This document shows, in pieces, positions 26,909 to 39,032 of a stretch of 64,000 nucleotides of DNA. Source of the DNA: Dimorphilus gyrociliatus (lineage: Eukaryota; Animalia; Annelida); the NCBI GenBank assembly GCA_904063045.1, contig CAJFCJ010000002.1, forward strand, positions 2,289,891 to 2,353,890, written 5' to 3'. Below the pieces are notes generated by a model, which was not told the DNA's origin, made no database searches, and was given only the letters and a program-made list of their open reading frames with translations. Positions within the stretch are counted from its first letter, which is position 1. Each line of letters opens with the position of its first letter. The translations under genes were made by a program, and so were the position numbers.

Positions 26909-29900
26909 ATGAATAACGTTATCAACGGTGATTCGCATTTTGAAGTTGTTGATTTCAGGTACGTATAACACCTGAGAAAACGGCTAATAGCTGTAAATCT
27001 AGCGATCTGTCAATTTTATTGCTCATTAGATCGGTTTAATGTCTAATTGAAATGTGGAACAAATTGTGTGTCTTTTTTTTAGTTTACCTCAGGAAAGAAA
27101 TGTGGCAAAAATTCACCCCGTTAGTGAGCCGAATGTCTGTTCAAATTGTCTTCAAGAGCAATCTCAACAATTCAATCCGGATTGTCACCTCTGTTTCCAA
27201 TTACTGTTAGAGCCGTCTACATCAATTTCGGAGATTTTTGCCATTCTTAGGCAATGGAACTCGGAGAGTCAATCTCGAATTCTATTACTGACAGAAGAAA
27301 TTCTAAAGAGGGGAGCACATATAAATGATAGAGACGGTTTAACTGATATGACACTCCTACACTATGCTTCTAGGTCAGGCGCGGAGGGTGTTGGAAATGT
27401 TGAAACCTCCTGCCAAACGGTACAGTTGGTCTTGGAGAGGGGCGCCGACGTTTATATCCGGTGTAGGTGGACTAATATGGCAGCTATACATTATGCGGCC
27501 TTTTTTGATGTTGCACCAGTGCTTCAGTTATTGCTAAAAGCTTCTGATAGCATCGGTAAATAAGGTTGCCCTTTTTATGCTAGGATCTTGTTAGATCTTT
27601 TTAAGTTAGTAACGGAGAAAAGGAAAGATTACGTTATATATTTTCCCTAGGGATCTTAAGTGTACATACTTTTTAACCGTTTACTCCTGTAAAAGGTTGT
27701 TAATCCTCTTTATTTATATTGTACTGATCAGGCACACACACTTCTAAGCACTTTTGTAACGTCTAGAGTCCTTAATATCTTATGTTCAAATTTTATAAGA
27801 AAAGCTTAGAGCAATTTAAAAATTAATTTCCTAAAATATCAAAGAGTATATTACATAATAGATGAAACTTGTTCAACTAGGCCGAAACTTAAAATAGAGT
27901 ACCTATTTAAGACTTTATTAATTTCAGATATTGATGCTCCTTGTTCTATATACGAAAACGGTGGACCACTACATATAGCAGCAATAAACTTATCAATTGA
28001 ATGCGCTCGTTTGTTAATTGCTATGGGAGCAGATTGTACCCTTAAAGACGATTTAGGTCGCATTCCCTTCAGTATGTACAATTTTACTGCCTTATTTATG
28101 ATACTTTTGCAGAAAAATAGATACTTATCCAACGGCTAGAATTTAAAATAGGTTAGTAATTGGAGAGTTTTAACGTTTCAGATTGCATTCCTGAAACGAC
28201 GTCGGAGGATCTTAAAGAAAAGGCGGAACGTTTACGACTCCTCCTTCGAGAAGCCATAGCCCAAATGAATGATAGAATCCCTTCTAAAGTTACACTACAA
28301 TCGCTAGGTTTAAAAATTGGCGACAAAGTCATTGTCGGTGGGGTAAAGGTGATTTTCTTCTTGTTAAATAGTTTTCAAAAACGGTTCTAGTCAAGTGGGT
28401 ATTCTTTCAAAACAGTCGGGAACCCTCAGATTCTGCGGAACTACGCAATTCGCTCAAGGAATTTGGGCCGGTATTGAACTCGATGAGCCAGTCGGAAAGA
28501 ACGACGGAAGTATCGGGGGGGTGACGTATTTTCACTGCTCCAAAGAATATGGTATTTTCGCGCCTATATCCAAGATTACGAAATACAACGACGAAGCAAG
28601 AACTAATTCCGCTTGTTCCAATCGTAAATCGAGCTGTAGCAGTAATGTGCAAAGTTCAAAATTAGATGTTTCGCATGTGACGGCTAAAGTAGATACAGGT
28701 TAGATAAAATTCTATTCAGTATCTTGTCTTAATTTATAGTTAATAGTATAAGGGAAAGAGGGAGAAAAAAAGGGAGGGCGGAAGATGGGAATGCGTTCGC
28801 GAAAGAAATTGATGGTACACATTACGGGATACGTGACATTTGCGAAAAAATTTCAACATTTTTCCCAACTTCCGTCCGTAATTTGGTCGCATAATAGAAA
28901 TTTTATTTTTAAAGGTTTAAGAGTGGCTAGGTCATACCCTCCTACGGATTGTTATAAAGTCGGTGAGAGAGTGATAGTAGCGGGAAAGAAAAGCGGCACT
29001 TTAAGGTTTTCCGGAACAACAGAATTTGCTTCCGGTTGGTGGTACGGAATTGAGTTAGATCATCCGCTCGGAAGAAATGATGGTAGCGTTAATGGGAAAG
29101 CTTATTTTGTTTGCAAGCCGAATTTTGGGGTTTTCGCACCTTCGTCAAAAGTAAAGAGGTTGTATTGTTCTTTTGCATCGATCCATCCAATCCAAGTTTA
29201 TTTAAATGTTTACAGAATTGAACAAATAACAACGCTCAAAGAACAAAACACCGATTTAGGATGTGAGTGAATTGATTACCTAGTCCATATACACAGGATA
29301 CAAATTTTATTATATATATAATTGACAACTAATACCTTAATTACACTGTTTACACTAAAAGATTCATTTCAAATCAGTTATTTATTTATTTTAAAATTTT
29401 ATCTATTTTTAGACCCTTGTAAATTAGGTCACTTATTTCTTTATAGCTGCTAATAACTCAAGTCAAAATATGAATAGAGGCAGTACTATCAAGGCCAGAC
29501 CGTCCTCTTTCAAGTAAGTACGGGAAAAATTCCCTTTTCCTTGATAAAAATAAATTAACACCCCTTCGCCCCCGGGCAAGAGTAGACATCTGATGATTAG
29601 CTTGCGTACGGTGCCGGAAAAGTAGGCCTACGCCCACTAGCTGTCCGCGTGCCCCAAATTGCCGGTCAAATTTAAATTTTTATTACTTCTTTATTCTTTT
29701 GAACAGATCGAGAAACCCTTTTGATACAAGTGCCGGCGAGATGAAAGTACAAGAAGGCATGACTGTTTTATGTAATAACGAATTAGGTATAAAAATAAAC
29801 TTGTAGTTATATTACAAGTAATTGATTATTTCAAAGATTGACTAACTTTCGAAAAATTCTACTCTATATTTTCTTCTCTTTTTGCATATTTAATCAACTT

Positions 29901-30130
29901 ATTTAGCAACTGTAAGATTTATTGGAGACGTTCATTTCGAAGATGGACTATGGTTAGGAGTTGAAATGAGAAAGCTATCTGGACGTAACGACGGAAGTAT
30001 TCAAGGTAGACGCTATTTCACATGCAAATCGGGCCACGGACTTTTAGTTAGGCCTAATAAAGTGACAGTCAGAGGAATTAATGCCGCCAATTTACCGCCT
30101 TTTAATGAACAATCAAATTCGAACAAATAG
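26909..30130 (+). CDS. CLIP4: CAP-Gly domain-containing linker protein, CLIP4/CLIP3-like (ankyrin repeats + three CAP-Gly domains)
   Basis: EIFAILRQW, ILKRGAHINDRDGLTDMTLLHY, RWTNMAAIHYAAFFD; three CAP-Gly motifs (GIELDEPVGKNDGS, GIELDHPLGRNDGS, GVEMRKLSGRNDGS); ends VTVRGINAANL...*. First exon MNNVINGDSHFEVVDF (26909-26958) is phase-compatible but less certain. Confidence 0.92.
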
Positions 30131-30527
30131 ACATTTAAATTTTTACACCTGTAGACAATTGGGAAATTAGCTACTGTAATATACAACATATCCGTTCAAT
30201 TCAGGTCCGTTTTTTTTGCCACCAATTCCACGTTTGCTTAAATAAGTAAAAAAATCCATGAAGATGTTTATTACTTTCTCTTTATTTTTTACACTTTTTG
30301 TTTGTTTTATATTCGTAATTAATTTATTATTTTTTTCTATATTTTCTCATATTTTTCTCTTGTTGCCGTTTTTTCTTTCTTTCTCTTCTTTTGCAGTGTT
30401 TGTGAACGAAAAAAATCAAACAAAATATTGAAACAAAAATATCGTTTAATGCACTTTTCTCTCATTTTTTATCGTTTTTTATAAATTCAATGAATTAAAT
30501 AATAAAGTGAAAAAGTTTATTTAAAAA

Positions 30528-30806
30528 TTAGTTAATCTCTTGAACTTTAGTTCCACCTAGACAACAGCAGAATAATGTTGATGAATTACTATCAGTTTCC
30601 TTTTCAATTTTACCGCCAAAACCGAGTTTAATATTTGAAATTCTTCGAATTTCACCATTTTCCGCTTGTTTCTTTAAATGAGGAGGTACGGATTTAGGTC
30701 TTGAATTATCATCTTCTTGGTCGTTTAAATCTACCAAAGATATTGTTTTCTCTGTTAAAATAGATACTTTTGATTCGGAACGAGTAGTTTTAATATTTTC
30801 CGTCAT
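30528..30806 (-). CDS. Small hydrophilic orphan protein (92 aa) with C-terminal CCC motif; possibly the last exon of a larger gene
   Basis: Uninterrupted ORF with protein-like charged composition (DLNDQEDDNSRPKSVPPHLKK...FCCCLGGTKVQEIN) between AT-rich UTR-like sequence; a possible acceptor (ctaac...gaag) lies just upstream of the ATG. Confidence 0.5.
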   Translation of the reverse strand: MTENIKTTRSESKVSILTEKTISLVDLNDQEDDNSRPKSVPPHLKKQAENGEIRRISNIKLGFGGKIEKETDSNSSTLFCCCLGGTKVQEIN

Positions 30807-31937
30807 AACTTCGTTAGTTAGTATGAATTGTGAGAAAGCAATTAGTGTATTTACTTATCGATTATTTTGCTAATTGATACTTTTATTATGAATTTTATTT
30901 GCAAAATATTTCGTTCCCTAAGAGGTAATATTCTTTTTTTTTAGTCTTTCTTATTTTAAGTATGCAGTTTTTTAGACGTTTAAAATCTAATCCAATTAGT
31001 TATAAATATCAGGATAAAAGAATAATTATAAAGAAACGCCCATTGACTATTAGCTGTAAATGACGGCATTTTAAATAACAAATTAATACTATCGGCTTTA
31101 ATCATAGGAAATTTTAGAGAGAGAGCTTTTGTTGTATAGATTCTGACGGAGAATCCTTCAATTTCAATTGGACAAATGTGAAGAGCTAAATAAGAGAGTG
31201 GAGTAGAAAAAGTATCTATTTTTCTATTAAATATCACCAATTATCACTTGAAATCATGTAACAATTTGGAATTGGAATTTTGGTATGTAAGTTTATTCAA
31301 GCGATAATTTAGAATCTTAAATATTCTTTGATGTAAAATTCGTAGGGCGACAGCCCTTTCCCCTTCGGTAAGTGAAAAATTAGGCAAAATTTACCCTAAA
31401 AGATACCCAATTCAAATAAGCACCAGATGTCGTTCTAACGGTTTTTCCGCGCTAAAACAACCAACGTCTTAAAAGCCATTAAAAAAGCATTTAAATTACT
31501 CTAAGACGTTAGTTCCATGATTTCTGTTGTATGTTAGAATTAAATATAATAAAATGTATTAAGAATTATAAAGAAATAAAAAAAAACCTCTTTTTTATCA
31601 AACTGATTAACAATTGTTGATAAAACGGAGAATGGTTAACAAAAATTTTTATTTGGTTTTTATTGCCATTGAAAACCTTTAGGCCTGAAATATAACGCTC
31701 TTTTAATAGTAATAAAATAGGGGACAAGAGAAAACCATCGAAAGGATTTAGGAATTCGCTATAATTTGCGAAATGAGGGAAAGTTTCTTAATGACGTCCG
31801 TAAAAGAAGAGGACAACTAAATAATATTAATTAAACAACGTTTACCATTGTAGAATTGTATTTAAGAAGAGAATAAGGAGAAAGATAGAGAGAGAGGCTT
31901 AAAAAAGAAAAAAAATTATTATTTATTCTAAAACTTT

Positions 31938-31951
31938 GCGCCATCTACTGC
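31938..31951 (-). promoter_or_regulatory. CTCF-type motif between the orphan ORF and the BNIP2-family 5' region
   Basis: GCAGTAGATGGCGC; a second site GCACCAGATGTCGT (+) at 31420-31433. Confidence 0.65.
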
Positions 31952-32116
31952 AAAATTGTATCTCTATGATAACGCTAAATTATTCGCTTATAAGGGACGA
32001 AGAGATGTTTGCAACTCATTACGACTTTAGAGTAGGAGAAGCCGGAGAATGGTCTGCAATTATTTAAATACCAAAATTTAATTGAGAAAGCTAGGATAGA
32101 TACGAAGGTATATATT

Positions 32117-32147
<31 letters not shown>

Positions 32148-34146
32148 TATATATAAATAAATATATATACATTGGTACAGCAAGAAAGAATTATAGAAGA
32201 CAGAGACAGAGAGAGAGAGAGAAAGAGAGAAAACGCGGAGAAAGAAAAATCAGAAAGGATATAGATGAAATAGAAAGTAAGTCACATTCGTCTTATTTTC
32301 AGTAGAGCGTGTTTTTTTTTTAATTTTTTATTGTAGGCTCATCTTTATGTTTTTTATTGGCCAATGCGGGTAAAGAGTACTTTAGATAAATTCCTATAGT
32401 GTTTTGACCGTCACTGAGGTGAGATTTTATAAAAAATATTATATTTTTCGGCTATTACACTGATTTATTAATGCTATCCGTTGACGTTTAAATACCCATA
32501 CAGTATCTTAATAGATTTATGCATGTGTCGTACTTTGACGTAGATATATATATATCTATTCTTTTAAGTATTATGCATTTATATATATATAACATTTGCG
32601 ACAAATATAAACCTCTCATTGCGCAGCTAGAAAGCTCTTTCATGATATTATAATTTAAGAATATGTCTAGCTTTTTTATAAGGATCAAGTTTAAATATAT
32701 TCAATTATTGTTGATTATTTGTAAATGGAAATGACGTTTTAGGAATAGACTGAATTATAAGTTTCCATTAATGGGGAGGATAAGCTTCGATTGAAGTAGA
32801 TAAACTAAACATATAGGCGAATTAGGGGGCGTCCTTCTAAAATAGGTTTCATTTCAGGTTTCTAATCTACGTTATCTCAATTGTATTGATTTTAAAAGTA
32901 GATAGATAACTACTAATTTTGTTATTGTCAACCGGTCCGATCTAAAGGGAGGGAAAAACGGCCTAGGGGGGAAAGTTGTCAATTCTTGTGCTTTGAGAAG
33001 ATGGGGGGGAGAACTATTTCCTTTAATATTTTTACTTAAAAAAGATTAAGAAAAGAATTTGTAACACCTAATTATCTTCTTTATGTCCAAACAATGGAGG
33101 TTTCTTTTGCAACGGTTGGAAAGAGCTGTAATACAAAAGAGTCGGAAAGTTAAAGAAATGATTTAGAGAAAGAAAAAGATACAGATTAAGATGACATTAA
33201 TGAAACTATAAAGACCATATTCCTTTCAATTAATAGAAAATATAAATTAGTTCTATATAAACAGTATAAGAATATTATAAATTTTAAAACCAACATTTAT
33301 CACAAACTCCTCTAATCTTTTTACTAAAAGTTAGAAATTATTAAGGGAAAAATATTCTCCATCTTCCCATTTAAAATGGAGTGTGTTATTCTAATATAAT
33401 TATACTTTATATTAGTCATTTTATCAATTTATATAATTTTTAACAGTATAACTTTTTATCGAATATGCAATTTTCATTAGATTGTTTACTATCTATAGTT
33501 TAAATCTTATTTTATATACTCTTACTATAGGCTAAAAAGTTATTACTGTTACAAATAGGCCTAAGGGCTATGTTAAGTTTTACAACGTAAATAATATGTA
33601 ATTACGCCTCCGTTTATAAGTTATTCTGTCTTTCAATTTTTCCTTGTGTTACAGGGGACAGCTACATTGAGGATAGCGAATTGCGGTCGACAGCTACTTA
33701 CTCGTATATATCTTTTATTTACAGTTTTTAAATATTTTATTAGGATTTCATAGAAGAAAAAATACGTCTTTAAACAAGTATACGAATACGCATATAGCTT
33801 ATTTACATGTACAGATATGCATATATGCATATATAACGTATATTTTCTATATAAATGAATATATATAAAAGTTTGTATTATGAATATTAATGAGAATAAA
33901 CAAAAATGTATTTTATGATCATGAAGAAAATATTAGAGATCGTGTTGATGTTTTCCCTACTAGGTGCAACAACGCGAAAGATAGAATTTTTGTAAGCTAT
34001 TTGGATCCTTAAAAGGAAAGAAACGTTTTTCGTTGTAAGTCTGATTATTAGTTTTTATAAGTTACTATCGTTATTATGAAGGGGAAGATAGATAAAAAGA
34101 TTCTGTTTTTTGTTAAACTACTCTTTCTTTCTGAAAGAAATAAAGA

Positions 34147-37100
34147 ATGGCGAGTCAGCCTGTTATCATAAAATGTGACGATGTCGTCGTTAATGAAGAA
34201 GGATCTAACGATGTTGCAGCTGGTATTGGGAAGGCAGAATGTGGAAATTCTAGCAGTATTCTAATTGACTTCGATGCTCCTGAGACACCGATTAATGATG
34301 ACACGAATACTACTAATACCACCTTTCGTTATGATGTTCTGGCCGATATAGATTTTACTAGCAATAATAATAATATTAATAATAATAACAACAATAACAT
34401 CGGTAATATTTCCATGGCTAATTGTGAAGCGCTTCCAAATGTCGAGGAAGCTAATAAGCTCGCTCTGTCGAATCCAAATCGTTTGGAACGTGCCAGGAAA
34501 AGCGATTCGCACCTGCATGATGTAAGCAACCTTCTAATTCCGAGAGTATCTAGATCGCATTCAACTTGCTTTGATAGCAATGCTCTTCATGATGCTGTGG
34601 ATTTTTGTCTTGCCAGACAATTAATTAATAAAGCCCTTGATAATTATGAACCGCCCACAAATGATATTGGTGACAATTCAGAAGAGGATGTTGAAACACG
34701 TTACTTACCTTCCGTCGACATAATGAGGGGTAGTATGGAAATGATTACTTCCGCCACGGAAGATATTGAAAATAGAAGTTTTATTATGTCAGAGGAAGAG
34801 AGATTTTTAGACGAGAACGAACCTATTATTGCAGATGTGAAATTGGAACGCCTACAAGACACACGAGTGAAAAAGAAAAGCGCCATTAACTTTGAAAATT
34901 TAAATCTAAATAAAGAAGAGGACCTGCTTAAAATAGCTGACCAGATTGTACAAGAATCAATGATGAAAGGAAACACAATGTTCCAAGACGGAAATGATAG
35001 GGTAAGTTAAATTATTTAACGGCAGATGGCGCTTGCTTCTGCCTTTTACTTACTAAAAGCGTCTAAAAGTAGGCCTTTCGTAAATATGATGCGCATAAGC
35101 TAAACGAGGTCAATATGCTGTTAGTGACCGCCCATATCCCAGCTTCCGCTCACATTCTCACTCTGACAGATTCCGTCTTCCCTCGGAAAATGAACAACCG
35201 TCGATTATCAAATTTCAAAGGACCTTAAAATACAGCAGATTGTAGTTCTTAAGACTCATATTTTCCCCTCTTAAATCCAATCCTTCTGTTTTTTTTTTAC
35301 ATATAAAAATAGATATTTGCTTGTTTTTCTCTTTCAAACTCAATATCTAACTACATTTCAAGTAACTTTTTATGGTTAATATAAAAATAACAGAGTCTAA
35401 TGCCTATAGCTGTATTGATCGACGTCAATAGATGCTGGAGGTGGAGGGAAGGGGGGGGGCGTAGCAAGCTTACAGTCTTTGCTATCTATTGCAAATTTTT
35501 CCAAGGGCATTACAGGCTATCTATAACTTGAAAAATAGAGTATAATAATCGAATAGAAGGAAGAAAGCTTACATTCCTTAAATCAGTTAGATTATATAAT
35601 AAATGTGATGTCATGCAAGTAACACTGTAATTAACGTGTGTCAAGGTGAAACAAATTATACTTCATCCACCAAAAATTATTTTACAGCTCAATCCCTAAA
35701 ACATTTTTTTTTAGTTGTCGATGCTTTTAGTTAAATGTATTATTAATGTAGGTGGAACGCTATAATAGTTAATATGCATTAAATATCAATAAAATCATTA
35801 ATTTCATATATGGTGAAAAAAGCATAGCTAGTTTATACACACGCCTGAAATTGTATCGCAATTCTCTATGTGCATGTCTTATTACTCTCTCATCTATTTC
35901 GCTCTCTTCTAACCGTTCGTCGTCACTGTTGTTTTTGTATAAACATACATACTTTCTCCAAGAATCTTCTTCTGATTCGCATCCTTCTATCTTCTCATAA
36001 TTTCACACTTAGTGTTGAGAGAATATATTTCTATTCACACCTATCTCATTTTTCTCCGTTAATGCCATTTCGTTTGTTTTTTATTTTAAATTCAAAGTAC
36101 AGTGGATGGGCGTTTTATGTCTGTTTGTCTTTCACAGTAAATGACCTATTGCTTACTACTTTAGTGAATGAGTAAATTTTACAATTTATGATATTCGCAT
36201 AAAATTTTCAAAGCTAGCTACGCCCCTAGACGCCGTCAGTAACGCTGCTAACGTACGCCACTACCCTTGCATACCGTCCATCGATATTTCGTGGCGTCCC
36301 TTCGATTGCGATCAAAGAAAATTGTATTGGAAGAGACATAGTTTTGATTGAGGAACAAGAATTCTTTACTTTCATCATTAGAAGTGTTATATTCTAAAAT
36401 AAAGATATTGGTACTAGAGGATAATTAATAATGGATTGATGGATTAAACGCGGAATAAAAATTCGGCATTATTTATAGAAAGGTTTTTGAAAAAAGAAAT
36501 TATATGAATATTTAAGCAAATAATTGAAATATTGCTTATAACAACTTGAGTTTGTGAAAAATTGAAAATATTCTTTGAATTTCGAATAGTCTGAGGCAAT
36601 GGTTTATTCTTTTATCGCAAGTACATTCGACGTTGCTTTTCCCTTTGCTATTTGTTCGTAAATCGATAAGTAGTAGGCCTTCAGTCTGTTTGCAATATAG
36701 CGCAGTGGAATATAAAAAACGGACGGGATATGAGAGAGAATAAAGACAAATTTGTCACTGTTTCGTCTACGGAACACCCATTGAGTCAGGACGACTTCGA
36801 GGAGGAATATATTAATAAGGTCAGTAACTTGGGTAAAGCGTTATGCGAAGAAAACTTATAGGGCATCATTTATAAATGATCTTCATTAATTTTTTTGCGT
36901 TCTATCACTGTTTAAATGATTAGTAAAACACGAAAAATATTTCATATACTGAAAACAGTCAGCTAACTAGGACAGTACAGAAAACCAAACCTAATTTCCT
37001 AACTGTTCATTAATTACTAAACTTCCGGAACTATCTATTAACATAAAAGTATGAAGAATTCCTATAATGTTCTTTGTTGGCTGTTAAATTGATTGAAAAT

Positions 37101-38996
37101 CAACTAATAAGGCAGATAAGCTCATTAGAATACGGCGTTGATTTTGGGTGTCGTTTCTACCTGACATGTCAGTCACATCTACTAGTTCATCAACGGCATC
37201 TAGTACTTCTTGTCGTGTACATTCACTAAGTCTACTGATGTCATCCACCTCTATTCGTTTTTCCTTGTAATTTGTGAAAGGTGGCGAAAGTTTGTTGCAT
37301 CCCGAAACCGGATTACAATCCAACCTTGTAAAAGTATTCGAAGTGGAGCACAATAGACGCTTACGTCGTTTAGCAGGTTTACGTTTTTTCGTTTGATTGT
37401 CAGGGGTCCACTCGTCATCCGAAACTTCTAGGCGAGCTTTCGTGTTAAATTCTTTTTTCTTTGATTTATTTAAATTAGTCTTTGATCTTTTACCGTCTTT
37501 GCGATTGCAGCAATCTAGACACTTACAGAGACTTGTACAAGCTATACTGGCTTCGTAGCATTCACAATATTTCTTACTACATCCTGATCTTTTACAGTTG
37601 CAACCTTTATAGTGCGTCTTTTGGTCTACTTTTGAGCGAAAAGCGTTTGGATTACGTTCCACACACGCTCTAGTTGCTGAATCTCTTTGTAGAGGATATT
37701 CATCTGTATTCATACATCCATTGCAACTGCACCACGATCCACAGTACTCACTGCGAGCAAAACAATCACAGTAAAGCTTTAGGCATCGTGATTTTTTACA
37801 GTTACAAGGCTTTGTCGACGATCTTAGACGGTCGCCATCTTGATATCGTAAAATAGGAAAACAAAGCCCGAAAGTTGGTGGCGACAAGCCACCAAGAGCC
37901 GGGAAAGGATTGAGCGTTTCGTTGCAGTAGGGGGTGCATATACCTGGTGAACAATTGAAGGAATGAGTGTCCAGGGGGTGGAAAGGCGGTTCGTCTGTAA
38001 ATTCTATAGAAACGCAAAGGAAACACGTAATATACACGCAAGAGAAAAAACAACAACAACACAAATGACTCATTATAATAATAGAACACTATAATTAAAT
38101 ATTGTCTTAAAAGACATAAATTATAGTAAAAAATAGTGTTGATTTATGATAAATGCTTATTATTTACTTGGAACGAAATTCGAGTAAAAAGAACTTACCA
38201 GCGGGCATCATTGTTCTAGAATAAAACTAATTAGAAACGCTCTAAAAAAGAATATTTTGACGTAATGTAATTTATTTTTTACGTAAAACAAAAAGAATAC
38301 ACTTGTTTCTTTTCCGTCTATCATCAATATCAAAGTTGATAACGTTAAGGGATTTCTTTTTTCGGAGGAAAAAAAAAGAACGTTACGTATTTAAAAAAAA
38401 AAAAAAAAGAAGGAATTTAACGTTCTCTCCTTTCCTTCTTTATAATAAGAGAAAGGAATTGAAAATCGTTTGACGAGCGAATGAACCGTAAATAAGGCAA
38501 GCGTGTAAAATAGAAATTATTCTATTTTTGCAATTACAAAGCTGATTTTCGGTGTTGTTTAAACGATTTAAAGGCTTGGGTCCAAAACTAAAGTGTCAGC
38601 TTAATATTTCAATCTTTATTTATACTTTGATGTCGGCCTTCAATTTTAATATGTAAATTAGAGGTTTATTAGAGAGGGAGAGGATAGAGAATGAAAAGAT
38701 AAAGAAATAAAAGAAATAAAGGTGGAAAGGGAGAGTTTGAGTAATTCCTGAATAATTCTATACTGTTTATAGATGAGAAGACTGCGAATAATTAGATTAT
38801 TTTTCCAAGTTATAAAGAGATAAATAATTAAGGGCCAGGGAATAATAAGTATTATAATTGTAGATAATTTAGGTATATAATTTGCGAGATATTGTAAAAT
38901 GATCGAAAGTTAGGGGAGAGAGTTAAAAGAGGGTGTGTAACTAAGTAATATAAGTGCTAAGGGCGTTGCAGCTGACCAATGAATATTATATTCATA

Positions 38997-39032
<36 letters not shown>

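Noticed and set aside
30980-31240. Faint resemblance of this minus ORF to CFAP20-type domains
   Set aside because: Only a few residues match by eye; no supporting exons.
34261-34976. Minus-strand ORFs over the acidic BNIP2-family exon
   Set aside because: Antisense shadows of a real coding exon.
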